DNA from: Botryllus schlosseri
Lineage: Eukaryota
Assembly: GCA_051294905.1 (NCBI GenBank)
Contig: CM119371.1
Location: forward strand, 1,800,001-1,860,000
DNA length: 60,000 nucleotides
Direction: 5' to 3'
The notes beneath the pieces were generated by a model that saw only the letters and a program-made list of their open reading frames with translations, made no database searches and was not told the DNA's origin. Below are positions 39,451 to 52,932 of the stretch, piece after piece; within the stretch, counting starts at the first letter, position 1; every line of letters starts with the position of its first letter. The position numbers and the translations under genes were made by a program.

Positions 39451-39698
39451 TTAGACACTTTAGTAAACACTTGTCTATGACAAATATCGAATATGTTACG
39501 ACAAAACAACAATAACACTTCAAAAATCACTAACACATACACAATTCAATAGGGTCAGCTGTCATGATCGTTTTCAACAGAAATTGACAATTAAAAACGT
39601 GTACCGTGTTCGTCCGTGAAGAATGTCCTTGTCGTCGATAGCAAAAACGTCAGTCTCAGTATTGAAGTTGTATACCCGAACGACTTTCTCAGGGCCCA

Positions 39699-40027
39699 TG
39701 CAGCAATTAGAGCTTATTGTCTCTGATGATCTGTATAAAAGTACAGCTAACCAATCGTCTTGGTGCTCGGCTATACAATACTTATCTCGAGAAGCTGTTG
39801 CCTTGGGTGAAGTTCTTCGTACCAGATATTTGCTCAATACAATGGTTTATTCGACGTTGATGCAGTAGTAGCGTATAGAGTCTCAATCATAATAAAGGTA
39901 ATCTCTAACACGTGTTACCTACACTTATATAGAAGTCTCGACTCTCGAGTAATCACAACGAGAAGTAGTTTCTTATTCGAGACATAGTGAAATATCATGG
40001 GCGAGTGATCACAGCGTTATCACTGCA
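39699..40027 (-). repeat. 5' LTR (329 bp)
   Basis: Identical by eye to 33902-34230; followed on the minus strand by TGGGCCCTGAGAAAG at the PBS position. Confidence 0.95.
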
Positions 40028-42616
40028 CTTCGAATCACAAGTCATCTCGAATCATTGCACATTTTGACTCGAGTCAAGTCAAGTCACTCGATTTTTGGAG
40101 GTCAGCCGAGTCAAGTCAAGTCAAGTTGAAATTTCAAAGTACTAGATATGATTCTAATTCATTACTAGGGCGATTTTTTTTGACACTTCAAAAGAAGTCA
40201 AATTCTGTTTTACATAACGAGTTTGATTTATTTAGCTGTTCATGTGTAAATCACACTAGCATGTAACGTAGTTACTCCCGCCATTTACCGACTTCAAAAA
40301 TCTAGCGTGATTCGGCTATAACTCGTTTTGTGTTCACAATAGGGAACACTTTCTTCTTAAGACTGATAGAAACATGTTTTGGCAGCTTTCATGACCCCAT
40401 GACTAGTGGTTGTCGAGATGGGCAATTTCACCCCCTCTCGCACAGACATTGGGTAATACCGGCTGGAAAATGGAGGCAGTCCCCTAAAACCAATTTTTAT
40501 TGAAGTTTCAAGTCATTTTTCGGAACTTGAAAACCCCCTTTTTAGGATTTGAAAAAAAGTCATTTTCACTCCACCCTACGACGCATGCCTATTAACATTC
40601 CAACATTTAACGACAAATGACGATACATATTCTCACATCTTCACCAAGTAGCTACCTACCTCTCATTCGAATTAAGTTCTGACACACGAAGCAATTGTCT
40701 GGCATATATCCAGATTGCTATACAATCTTTTGTCAAATTGTTCGCGTTAAATAAACCAAAGTAAATGCAAGGCTCAAATAACTGATTAATATTTATTTCA
40801 AATCGATTCTATACATTTCATAACATGAAAACGCAGCCCAATACAACATAAAATCACGGAAATTTCAGCCACTACTCTCTAAGTCTAAGATGCAGATACT
40901 GATTAGCAGTCATTGACAATACTCTTGAGTTATAATGAGTTGCGGATAATGTCAGTATAATTGCAAGTTAGTCACAATGGACGGTAAGCGTAATTTATAG
41001 AATGTCAAGTAGCAAATCATATTATCTCAGTAAAAAGGGAACATTGAATCACATCCATAAGATTATCTGAAATTTCGATTGTTATTGATTAACAATTTGC
41101 CTCTTTTACTGTTAACTATGGTGTATTTAAGTCATTGAGAATCAATTAATCACATATCAAAAGTAAACGAGGTCATCAAGAGAAATGAGCCAATTATATT
41201 ATTCTCGAAGCATTTATAAACACCAAGGTAGCAGAAAACTTGGTCATTGGTCATAGAAGTCAGAAAAAGCGTTGGCTCGAAGTACAGCGACCGTCATTCT
41301 AGAGAATAATATCAAGGTCATGAAATATCTTGCTAATGAAAGTTTTAAACTCGGTAAGTATACCTTTCAACACTCTCCTGAAGTCAACAGTACTAAAGAT
41401 ACAGAGAAAGATCACTAGATCATGATGGAGCATGGAGAATCATACATATTTGACATTACAATGGATTTCATATACTACACTACATTCATTTTCAACAAAA
41501 TTTTTAATTTCATATTTTTTTGGGTTTTTTGAAGTATTTAATTTCGATCATTATCCATCACACAAAACGTAAAGACAGTACACAGTACACAGTGCACATC
41601 TAAGAATATAACAATTTTTTTCATTTTTCCATATTTATGATTTTTATGTAATTTTAATTATAATCAATTATTTTATAGGTGTAGGACGATGTTATATATT
41701 TATTTTATCCCGCGAGTCGAACCCAACTTGCGAGTAAATCCTTATAATAGCAAACAATTCAACAGGATGACGGCTTGAACTCTACTGTAGTCAAACAACC
41801 TTCGCATTCAAAACCATTCAACCAGTAATTTGTGCCGTAAAACATTACTCTTCGGAAATATGTAGGTTCGACGTGACATATATGGCATTACCATTGTTTT
41901 CGTCGATTTGTGAAGCTTTATGCAACTGTTTTGGTTACTTAATTGTAAAATGCATATTAGAAATAGTTTCGTGAAATTTCATCGATTGAACATGAAATAG
42001 TCAGTTTGAATTCTAAAAGGAATAGCAGTAATTCTGCTCTGCACGTCTCCATTTTGTTGATGACGATTGGCTCTTGTACACGAGTAAAAATGTTGCATCT
42101 ACTGCCTTTTCTTCCACTCCCTGAAAAACAAATACCTCTGAATAAATCACTATCCCAGTTAATCAATTACGTCAGCAAACTATTCGGATAATGAGCAGAA
42201 AATTAACTGTTCGCACGGGTATGTCATAACAATGCACAAAATAGAATTCGACTTGCTGTAGAGTACCTGGGATCAGAGTCGGATGAATCGCAGGGATTGA
42301 ATCTACAGGACGATTCGGCATTTAAATTTTCGCGAGACGATTATCACGTATCATCGGCACACAATCTAATATACGGTAACATATTTAGTCAGTACACGAA
42401 TATCATGAAAATAAACCTGCAGACAACACATCGTATCGCGGGAGCGGTATTGGCTGGGACGGTGTACTTGTTGAGGACTTTGTTGACAGTTAACATTTCG
42501 ATTAGAGAAATTGCGGTGCTGTTAACAATATCGAGTATCAATGACACTCGAAAAGTAGTTCATCAGCTTGTTTTATGGAAAGCCTAAAATATTGGTGACG
42601 ATAAGCGTACTTCTGT

Positions 42617-43145
42617 CAGAATTGGATAATTAGATAATTCTAATTGTCTAATTAGACTAATTAGAGCAAATGCCGGTAATCTGACTTGAATCTATTTTGT
42701 GAAATGATTCTCTTCACTGATTCTAATCTAATTGGTGAAAAATTTATATTTCCACATTTTAATTCAAACCCTAACTCTGGTTTTCCTGTAAATATTACTG
42801 AGAGAATTGTATAGTGCGAAACGAGCCAAGCTTGTTGGAGAGACATTTGCTATGGTCATGCTCATGAGAATGATCCATGATTTGATAGTAACGGAACTGG
42901 ATTTAATGACCTAGTTTTTGCGGATTCAATTTTAATTACAATCTAATTTGGAAAAATGTTTAGCTATAACTACAGTTTTGATCTATTTTGAAAAAAGTAA
43001 CGCGATAATTATAATTCTACCATAAGTTGGATATAACTGTGTAGCGTCAATTCTAATTCTATTGTAGGTTGAAAGGAAATTAAACTGTAATTATATTACT
43101 AATCAATTTTGCAAAAGCAGGAAATCTTCTAGATGACCGAGTCTG
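42617..43145. mobile_element. MITE with CTAATT/TCTAAT repeats (family E)
   Basis: CAGAATTGGATAATTAG...CTAGATGACCGAGTCTG; collinear with about 10450-10952. Confidence 0.65.
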
Positions 43146-44327
43146 ACTGGAAATTAATCTGATATCTTCTCGATTTGCAGCACAACTATTGAGCACATTC
43201 GAGACGAAGTTTACGAAAAATTTGTAAGTTGTCACATGCTATTACCTAAGAAAAGTATTCGACAACCAGTCCCAGTAATAATATTTGAAATGCACATACT
43301 CCAGTACTTATAAAACTTCATTTACACGATTGCTACATGCACCAGAGCAAAAAATGAACGGGATCATTCCAACTTCTGTTCGAGTTTAGTCAATGACTAT
43401 TTCGATAGTCTCTTTAAAAATTATGTGACAGCATATTACGACCAATAACTATATTTATTTCACCCCCAGCAGCTAAACATCCGGACGCATTAAATCTCAG
43501 TTTCATAATACAACAAATATTTCTCCCAATAAAATGAAATCTGTGTGGTCTAAATGCAGCAAGTGATCATGAATCGAAGTGACGCAATAATGCTGAAGAT
43601 CAACTTTAGTATATATTGACAGAGGTGGTCAGTAACCAACTAACTCCACTTTTTCAAAGTATAAAAGTGCGTTTTGCCCACTTACACTACTTACTTAAGT
43701 AGTTATTAGTTCAAACTACTTCTACTTCTATTTGACAACTTTCATTTTTTCAGCAAAACTAGGAGTGATGTGAAAAATATGTTGCGACTCGATCTGAAAT
43801 GATGCATGACAACGCTATTATATTCTTGCAGAATAAACAAAGTCTTTTTTCCATAAAGCTACGTGTGATGCACCGCGTGTCAACGTTATGATGGCACTAT
43901 TGGACACATCAGTTAATATTGTATATTAATTTAATTAATGCACAGTTTGCGTCTCAATATTTCTAAGCTGTTGTTTGAAACTGAATGTTTATGAGAATGG
44001 ATCGACGATGTAATGAAAAGACAAATCTCAACTCTCATTTTAGAACGGTCCTACTTCGTAACATCTACTCACCTAACATAAAACTTGCGGTCGAGTTCCT
44101 GCCATGCATCCGTATCTCGGAACACTGAAATAGGAAATAAGTTATATCGCTTAAAATGCTTGTTAGCAAAAGATGTCTGCATCCTATGAATTGCGCTCTG
44201 TTGCTGAGCCTATTGGGTAATATCTGAAACAGTCATCAGGCTCAAAGAGATTTGAAATATTCAAAAATATGAGTGAATTGTGACCAACAATACACAGTGG
44301 CTTAGTTTTGGTAAGTAAGCGTACAGA

Positions 44328-44911
44328 CAGGGTTGTAATGACTCGAGTCATGACTCGACTCGAGTCAGACTCGAGTCACGATTTTCGGATGACTCGACTC
44401 GACTCGATTCAATTTCTCAAAATACGGAAATGACTCGACTCGACTCGAGTCAATCTGTGTATTGACTCGACTTGGACTCGAGTCATTGCGCATGACTCGA
44501 AGCAAGTCACTGACTCGAGATTCAGACAGCGAAGACCGACATTTCATTGTAATTTCGAAGCCAACACACTATTGGGATTTCGTTTGTTGGTACTGGTGCT
44601 TGAAAATGAGACCAGAAACTGCTAAAAGTGAAGAAAATTGATATATTATAAATGCGAACCATTCAATATCACCAAACAGAGTTAAAAAAGTGGGTTTAGG
44701 AAGACTTAACCTGGAAACTGAGCAGTCAACACAATGACTTGGACTCGGACTCGAGTCATAATACCATGACTCGGACTCGATCCTCTGTTCGCTGACTTGG
44801 ACTCGGACTTGACTCGGTGGGAATTGAAAATGACTCGACTTGACTCGAGTCAAAAATATAAAAGTGAGATTGACTTGTGACTCGGAGCCTTGTGACTTGG
44901 TTACAACCCTG
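44328..44911 (-). mobile_element. hAT-type MITE, family B
   Basis: 11-bp TIR CAGGGTTGTAA / TTACAACCCTG; perfect TSD CGTACAGA (44320-44327, 44912-44919); reverse complement of the 25691-26226 copy. Confidence 0.93.
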
Positions 44912-45144
44912 CGTACAGACTTGCTCTTATCTACTATTTTAAATCCGAATCCTATTCCTGATGATACATTCAAATCCAAGTACAAATCCATATTTTATTT
45001 TGTCTCGCGTCCATATCCACGTCCAATCCGGTAATGGCTGAAACTTGATCAAAAAATCGCATGAAAATGAAAGTTACGTGATATTCTATGTCAAAGTACG
45101 AATGAAAATCCATCTTTGAATGAATCATAAACCATTATCCAAAG

Positions 45145-45368
45145 CAGTGGTTCCCAACGTGAGCGATTTGGCGGTCTAGGGGGGTCAAAACGACGAAGGG
45201 GGCGATAGGCGGGCGAAAATGGACAAAGGGTACAACTGGGGGCGAAAATAACGAAGGGGACGATAGGGCAGTTTGTATGCCCATTTTTCAGTTTACAAAA
45301 TTTGGGGGCGATGATCGGTTTGGTGCTTGAAAATGGGGTGTTGAGTCGAAAAAGGTTGGGAGCCACTG
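45145..45368. mobile_element. Small hAT/Charlie-like MITE with GGGGCGA repeats
   Basis: CAGTGGTTCCCAAC...GTTGGGAGCCACTG; TSD ATCCAAAG / ATCTAAAG (7 of 8 match). Confidence 0.85.
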
Positions 45369-46872
45369 ATCTAAAGCCAGGCAAAAGAAATGACTCGCGA
45401 CCTCAATACCACAGAGATGCATAGAGTGGATTCGTAAAATCGTGAAATTATTTGTTATAGTTTACGTTCAAAAACGGAATTAATGCAATGTTGTTGATTA
45501 TAATTCAGTTCTACCAAAAAGAATGCACAATGCACATGAATGATGAAATGACTCGTATCAACGCCAATATAAAAAGTGGAATGCTGTATGACATAAAACC
45601 ACGAATCCTGCAGAGAGATGGTCAGTAACGGAGTAGCTCTACTTTATCAGACTACTCAAGTAGTGCTGTCTAGTTGCATCGCTTAAACAAGGGGTTGTCA
45701 TTTTAGACTACTTTTGTTTCTACTTCTTGTCACAGTTTTTGGTCAAAACTACTTACTTATTACACAATATTGATTTTGAAAGTATCAAGTTGTTCCTAGC
45801 TGTGTATTCGTCGTCGTTTTCAGTGAAATTCTTATGGGAGCCGCCTTTAATAACCCATGTATCACGGTGACTGCATTAACATATTTTCAAAGATTCCACT
45901 CACTTGCACTGTCATTAGTCATTATGCATAAGCCGCGAAGACATATCTTGCAATTTCGAAAGTAGATATCTCCTATAAACTGCTAAAAGTATGCATCCCT
46001 TCGACCAAATCTACTTTTTGAAACTACTTATTTCACTACATTTCAGACTAATACATTTCCCACTTCCACCTCAAGTCAATTTGTCATTTCTTGGAAATTG
46101 CTACTTCTACTTGTATATCGGCAGCAGCTTACGGAGCTATTTATCGTTCTCCATGAGTCTTAACTCCGACTACTTTGACTACCTCTAATCATTCCTGAAC
46201 TTGTGTTAGCAACTCTCAAAACCAATCGGAGTTCGCTTGGTCACCTGATGTCGTAAATAATCTGGATGAAGTATTAAATTTTGTTCCATAGTTATATAAG
46301 TATATGGAAGTGATTTACAAGTTTCTTTGACTTATCGTCCCCTTATCAAGCTCGATAAATCTTAATCACATCCCTCAAAGGTAAAGGTATTATCAGCAGC
46401 AAAGTAGTTGTGCTTTTCTGTAGTACTTATTATTATATACTTGTTTCGCTTACTCAAGTAGTTTTGTTCGTAGACTGCCTCTACGTCAACGATTTTTATA
46501 TGGTGAATACAAATTTTTGCATACTTGACATTGTCAAGTAAAGTAGATTTTGACGCACTTTAACGATGCCTTGCTTTGAAATTGATATGCAAGCTCACAA
46601 TCAGCAACGTGTGAGAGATCATGCCTGAATTCCCTACTACAATTATTCGTATTAAGTATGGGATATCGAATGAAAGTAAAATTCATGAATACCGTGCGTT
46701 ATCTCATAACCCTGATAACGACACAATGTCATGCATGAAGCTAAAGCCCCATGATTTCTAGCGTTAGTACCGAATTGGACCTGAATTGACCATTTCATTC
46801 AAAGTGATCGCGCTTATTTAATATACCTAATAAAACGGATCTAAGATACGATGCAACCAAACAATGACTCAC

Positions 46873-47068
46873 AGTATAAAACTTCAAACTCAGTATCGAG
46901 ATCATTTACAATCTTCTGGACTTTCTGCAATTCTGCTCCTTTCAACATATCATTTTCACCCCGATATATCAATGTTACTTTCTTCAAGTTAGAGTTGTTG
47001 ACGAGAGACGAAATGTCATCGGGTGAAGCACCAGATCCAAAGTTGAATATGCATCGGATATATTCGAT
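46873..47068 (-). CDS. Putative exon of the LRR-like gene
   Basis: CTGCAG acceptor and GTGAGT donor; open frame IEYIRCIFNFGSGASPDDISSLVNNSNLKKVTLIYRGENDMLKGAELQKVQKIVNDLDTEFEVLY with an LRR-like NLKKVTL. Confidence 0.6.
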
Positions 47069-49673
47069 CTGCAGTGAGAAATTATGACTAATAATACTGT
47101 GTATTACAATGATGCTTACCACTATTGTTGACCATTTCACCAGGGGCCATCATGTATTACAATATACTTTGGATCACCAGTTTGGACAGTTTAGTCTGAC
47201 CCGCTAGGCGATTCTGAAAAAAATGGCCGTATTATCCGACACATTTGTAATACATGTTGAGATATTTAGTCGGAAACACTTACATTCTCTCAAGTCAGAA
47301 AATGTTGAGCATGTTCATAGGCCACATTATAACCATCCGACCGTGGTGTAGAGGTTACACTGTAGTCACCATCAGCAACAAGTCACTGCCATATGGACAC
47401 TATTGTAACCATAGATCCTCTTTTCTTTTTTAACTTTTTTAAAGTGATCTGGCAACTGTAGGTGTGTTAATTTTTTTTTCAAATATCATCGCCTTACTTG
47501 GCAAATTGTCTAAAACAGCGTTGCACACCAAAATTGACTCAACTCCAACCAGTGGAAGCTGAGGTCGGTTAAATTGAAATTGAAATATTAGTATTTACGG
47601 TGACCAATTTTGTCACACAGACATGATCAAAAATAGTGTTCCAGGTACGCCCCGTGGCAGGGATGTCTTTTTCACTTGTTTTCATCTTGATACAAGCCTA
47701 GGGTGGCTTTTGGATTAAGACATCGCCAGTAAACGAAACAAATATACGACACGGACTACCTGGAAATTGGTCCACTTCGTTCCAATAGACATGTCAAAAC
47801 GATGGTGAGATAATTTTCAAATGAGTAGGCCTACTTTACACACCGAAATTAACAACCACGAAAAGAAAATGAACTAAGGAGCAGCTAAAATCCAAGTAAA
47901 TATATTTTTCAAGTGATCTATATTGTTGGTCGGTCCAATGTAAATTTCCTCACGATACAATTTGATATTATATGATATTTTATTATTTGATCTGCACCAC
48001 TCCTACAGTACTATCAACTTATAGGCACCGTGACAGATCTTCTTCCTATCAAAAGTTATCGTCCACTATTCATGCCATCCTCCTCCATATTCGGTTACTG
48101 TTATCTAATTGAGTCCATATATCGTGGTAAAACACCAATGCTTTTTATAACTCTATGACAAGGGGGTCCTGGTGACATTAAAAGACCAGAAAATTACTAA
48201 TGTGCTTAATAAGCTCACTTGATTACCATTTGGTTACCATGAATCTCGCATATGTGAAGTATCAGAAATGTTTTTCAACTCATAAATACTATTCAGTGGC
48301 ATAGCCCGTTCTGAATTACAATCGGTACCATTTTCAACGCCCTGGATCAGTCAATGTCAAACAGTAGAGAAATATCCGAACACTGAGCTGCTGAGGAATG
48401 CAATTGATGTCTCTGTGGATGAGGTTTTGGTAATGGCGACTTTGCAATCGGTAAAAACTTTGAATCAAGGCAGAGAGTATGCCATGCATAACTGGGATGG
48501 ATTTCATCAAATTTAAATTTACCTGACAAAAAATACTTCTAGATAGGATTATCACTTGAGAAATACATTTACCTGTATTTTACCTTCTTGTCAGTTCATT
48601 TTCTTTTCGTGGTCGTTAATTTTAGTTTGTTAAGTACTATATTTGAAAATTATCGCACCATCGTTTTAACTTGTCTATTTCAATAAAGTGGACCAATTTT
48701 CAGGTAATCCGATGTCGTCATTCAAACCCCACCCTAGGACCTTGTCAAGATCAAAACAAGTGGAAAAGACATTCCTGCCACTTCAGGCGCACCTGAAAAA
48801 CGATTTTGGGTCATGTCGGTATGACGAAATCGGTCACCGCAAATACTATTACTTCAAAAATGACCGAAATTTCAATTTGAGTGACCTCGGCTTCTACTGG
48901 TTGGAATTGAGTCAAATTTGGCGTGCAACATTTTTTTAGGTAACCTGACAATTTGAAAACCAAGCCGATAAAATTTGAAAAAAAAAATTTTTTTCAACAC
49001 CCCTAAGGAGCACGCTCAAATGACCTCTTTTTGAGAATTTGTCCTCTTTTTTGAAAATTATGGTAAAATGTATGTGAAAATTCAACTGGAAATAAGTACT
49101 GAAGTAACGTTCCGGCAGGTCTTTCGAGAGTTGAGCCAGAAAGGTGTCCTTTTTTATTTAACTAACTACAAACATGGATTAAATTAACCATTTTTTTCTG
49201 GATTTTACTCTGGTATTGTAAGTTTTTTAAAGGTGTCCTTTTCAGATTCCCAAAATGTGGTAACCCTAATTGACACTAAATTCCGAGATTACGATTTAAA
49301 AAAAGCAATCATTGCAATATGCTAATGTATATCGTCGATAAAGCCTCTGTTTAGCAATTTATTTTTTGTGTAAAACGAGGGCATTGATATTGAAGCAATC
49401 TTTGGAATCATTTTACTGGTCCAGCCCGCGAGTGCTATGAAGGTTAGAATTTGACCCGCAACACCAGTTGAATTTGACACCCCTGCTTTAGATGAGCAAA
49501 TTACCCGGAATCACGAACTCCGCAACTGCGGTGGATATCTCGGGCATGGAATATAAGTTTATTCATGTGGAGGGGACTCGTACTGTGCGGCAGAATTCTA
49601 TGATAAACGTGCGATGGTGGAAGAAGAAAGTTCAATATATCCAATGCAACTAATACTGGATGATAAGTACTAC

Positions 49674-49841
49674 CTTCTTTTGCTGACAAGCTTCTAACGT
49701 CTTCCTGAAGTCATCTGCTTTATCAACGTAAAACATGGTATGGATATTGCCAAAAACGGAAATTGCTGTCCTGCGCTCCAAAATTCGGCTGTAATCCTGG
49801 ACAGGTATCAGGCCATTCACGGCAATATCCAGGAGATCCAC
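49674..49841 (-). CDS. Putative exon C' of the LRR-like gene
   Basis: TTTTAG acceptor; 56 open codons VDLLDIAVNGLIPVQDYSRIL...ACQQKK, then GT. Confidence 0.55.
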
Positions 49842-51874
49842 CTAAAATGCGAAAAACATTTATTCCCAGAATTTAAGATAGCTGCCTAAGGGATGATTAG
49901 GTTCAAAGTCATATGAAATGATAGGTAAATATAATTACGTTTAAAAATATTTTGGGAATAGAATCAGGAATCATACTTGATACTTTTTCCAGCAATTCTC
50001 AATCAACGACCAATCGATGTTTTCTTCTTCTTTTGTGCAATCGAGCAGGATCTTGCTTATCTGAACACAATTTTGATTTCAACAGGTAAGATGACATAAT
50101 TGCCTCGATGTTCTCCCATTTGAATAAATATTTATATAGGTAAAGTTCAATAGACCTACTGATTCATCAGAATTCTTCGGTTCTAGATAATGCATATGCT
50201 ACATCGGTTTCAGTCTCATTCCAGAGTTTGATATCTTTTAAAAATATATTTATGAATATTCTATCCATTGTACAAACGTATCTTATAGAAGGTGGTGGTC
50301 AAACTAGTCACCGTCAGTACTCAAGTAGAATTATCGTAGGCCTAGTTTTGCGTAAAAATGAAAACTGCCTAATAGAGGTAGTCTGAAATCTTATCTACTT
50401 GAGTACGTAGGACACGTAGATAAATCTACCTGAAGTATTACGACAAGTAGAGGTACTTCGTTACTGACCACATCTTGAAAAATGCTGTAAGGAACGCTGG
50501 ATAGCGTATGTAGCGATGTCGCTTATGTTTACGCAAAGGTTGAATTTAATCCGAACAGTAAAACATATTGGAAACTGCGTAAAAACTGGCACAGACAGAA
50601 GCATACCCTATTTTAAATTTTTTCTACCTGCTTTCGAAACCTAGATTTGGAGCAGGCATTGTTGCTTTTCACCTTAGACTACGCCAATGGATGAGCGCAC
50701 ATTACGAGATGATCAGTAACAATCTGCTTCTACTTCATAAAAGTACGTAGTTAATATAATGATTTCACTTATGAAATTGATGCAAAATTATGCCTGAAAG
50801 GGGCACAGCACTCTAAAAATGATGTGGTCTCAAATTGAAGGGCATAACGAAAATAAAAAATTGGCTGCAGCCATTTTCTTCAGAACGCCGCCATAATGGA
50901 GCTGTAATTTATTGAAATTTCCACAGGAACTTCACGCACCAGCAGTCATGCAGGGATCGAACTTTATTTAGTGGTCAGCCAATGTTATGAAGGAAATATG
51001 TCGTACATGTCAAGGTGGTTTAGATACCGCGTTCAACGGAAGATGCTCAGTGAGGAGATTTATTTCAAAACCAGGCCTAGTGTATTCTATTTCTTCAGGA
51101 CAGAAATAGCTGATGCTCAACAATTTTCTTATAAATAAACAACATTTTATGCATAAGAATAGGACATGATTTTAGACTACTTTCACGCAAAATTGCTTAC
51201 TTTTCACGGATTGGATTTTGAGAAATAGAAAGTGGTTTTGTGTTACGTTTGCATCACTGCGATGTGTGAAATCGTCTCAAAAAATCGCAATAGACATCAT
51301 GGTAACTGTTGAATCTAATTTCCAAGATTATACAAATTTGCAATAATAATCGTTTTTATTTACTCGCAGAGACTAATCTTGTAATTTACAAAGTAACCGC
51401 TAGCGATAAATCACCAAACACTTACGAACGATCGACCAAAACTACTTTTCGAAACTCAAGTACTTACAAAGGTACTTTTCAAACTTGTCACTTTCTACCT
51501 CCACTTGAAGTAGTTTTAATACATTGTGGACACATCTACTTCTACATATAATTGCATATAAAATTGAAATGTTACCCCTACTTCCTCACGATTAACAAGG
51601 CTGACTACTTTCACCACATCTATGTACGATCGAGACTCGACTCGCAATACTAGAGATGCAAGTAGAGTAGAAATTGAGAATGCAAGTTTTTGTCGAACAG
51701 TGATGAGCTGATTTGAAATTTCGAAATACAAATCCTCTACAAATCCAGAATTAATTTTGTGTTAACTCCAAGTCCAAATCCGATAACGGCTGAAATTTGT
51801 CCAAAAGTAACATGTCATTGAACAATATCAGGAAATAACAAAAACAATAATATTACAGGAAATGTATTTAATAC

Positions 51875-52030
51875 CTTGTTTAATTTAAACTCAATTAACT
51901 TCTGCAAGTCATTCTGCTTGGCCAACAGTTGTATTTGTTCTTCAAATTTGATAAATTCAACATCAAAAAGTATTCCAAGAAATGCAACTTCTGCTACGGC
52001 ATGAACCCGGTAGAACGATAGATTGGAATC
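51875..52030 (-). CDS. Putative exon B' of the LRR-like gene
   Basis: TTTTACAG acceptor and GTAT donor; open 52 codons DSNLSFYRVHAVAEVAFLGILFDVEFIK...; paralog at 57962-58045. Confidence 0.6.
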
Positions 52031-52328
52031 CTGTAAAATAAAAATGTTAGTTACGTCACAATCTGCACCAATAAGAAACACTCAGAAGCACGATCTGCAT
52101 GAGCAGATTATTGTTAATACTGAAGTCTAGTGCGGTGAAGCGATGGCTATGATGCTTGTCTAGTTGGAAAATGCGATGCGAAAGAAACACAATCCTCATG
52201 TTTTTGAAAGATGTAACCTAACAATTCGAATGGACTTCATAATCAAAGTACAGTGCTGACAATTTTTTTCATAAATTCATCATGTAAAAACTCTTTACTT
52301 ATAAAATCAGCACAAGTTGTTAGCTTAC

Positions 52329-52628
52329 TATTCTCAACAAAAGCATCTCGTCTTCATGACGCTTATGATTACGTCATAATCTACCTCTTGGCTATACTAC
52401 ACCGCAGGTCATCGATGTACGTGCCTAGTGTAGCTGAAAGCTGCGTACAGTAAAGTCAGTGAAATGAGCGAAACTTCATTCCAATCATTAGTATGGACTC
52501 GTTATCATAGTTGAATCATCTTGCTATCCAACCTTCATGTGACCTTCAATCCAGTCACTACTTATCTTGATGACATCTTCTTCGTTCTTCAATTCAACAG
52601 GCCGTCCATCTACAGTCAGCCAGACAAC
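52329..52628 (-). pseudogene. Decayed exon A' of the LRR-like gene
   Basis: ATTCAG acceptor, VVWLTVDGRPVELKNEEDVIKI...EMLLLRI, GTAAGC donor; internal stops; paralog at 58821-59369. Confidence 0.55.
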
Positions 52629-52679
52629 CTGAATATTATCCAGATGTGAAACTTGAGATTGTGCATTGTATCGATCATC

Positions 52680-52932
52680 CATCATCTATCGTGACGTCAT
52701 ATCTTACATACAGTGACGACCGCACCATCACAGATCATCATGTGCTGTACTTCTTTGACACGGGTCACTGATTTTACTGACGTTGTTGCCGGTGGTGGCA
52801 TTTTGCTACTTTAGTGGCTCGATATCTCCAAAAATACTCGTTTATATGAGGTAAGAAGTATAATGGCGGAATCCGTAGAAAAAGTATGAGTATGGAGACG
52901 AAGATATTTTGGGCAATATAGTTGACCTTTAA
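52680..52932. mobile_element. Right-end remnant of a Kolobok-like non-autonomous element
   Basis: Ends AGTTGACCT followed by TTAA, like the right end of the 2614-5137 element; paralogous remnant at about 59430-59640. Confidence 0.5.

Larger units (their letters stand above)
33902..40027 (-). mobile_element. LTR retroelement, apparently non-autonomous (no recognisable pol)
   Basis: Two 329-bp direct repeats, TG...CA, identical by eye; 4-bp TSD CTTC (33898-33901, 40028-40031); interrupts a family-A MITE end. Minus orientation inferred from TGG directly after the right LTR, purine-rich AAGTAGAGATAA before the left LTR, and TATATAA then AATAAA in the minus-strand LTR. Confidence 0.92.

Noticed and set aside
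41957..42587. Possible further minus-strand exons of the LRR-like gene (also 47123-47213 and 48334-48523)
   Set aside because: Splice-like signals are present but no consistent open frame or motif, so support is too weak to call.
44365..44991. ORFs rich in TRVKSS/SSRV (also at 5668, 6765, 6941, 18711, 22029, 25749, 26121)
   Set aside because: These are translations of GACTCGAGTCAAGTC MITE repeats, not genes.
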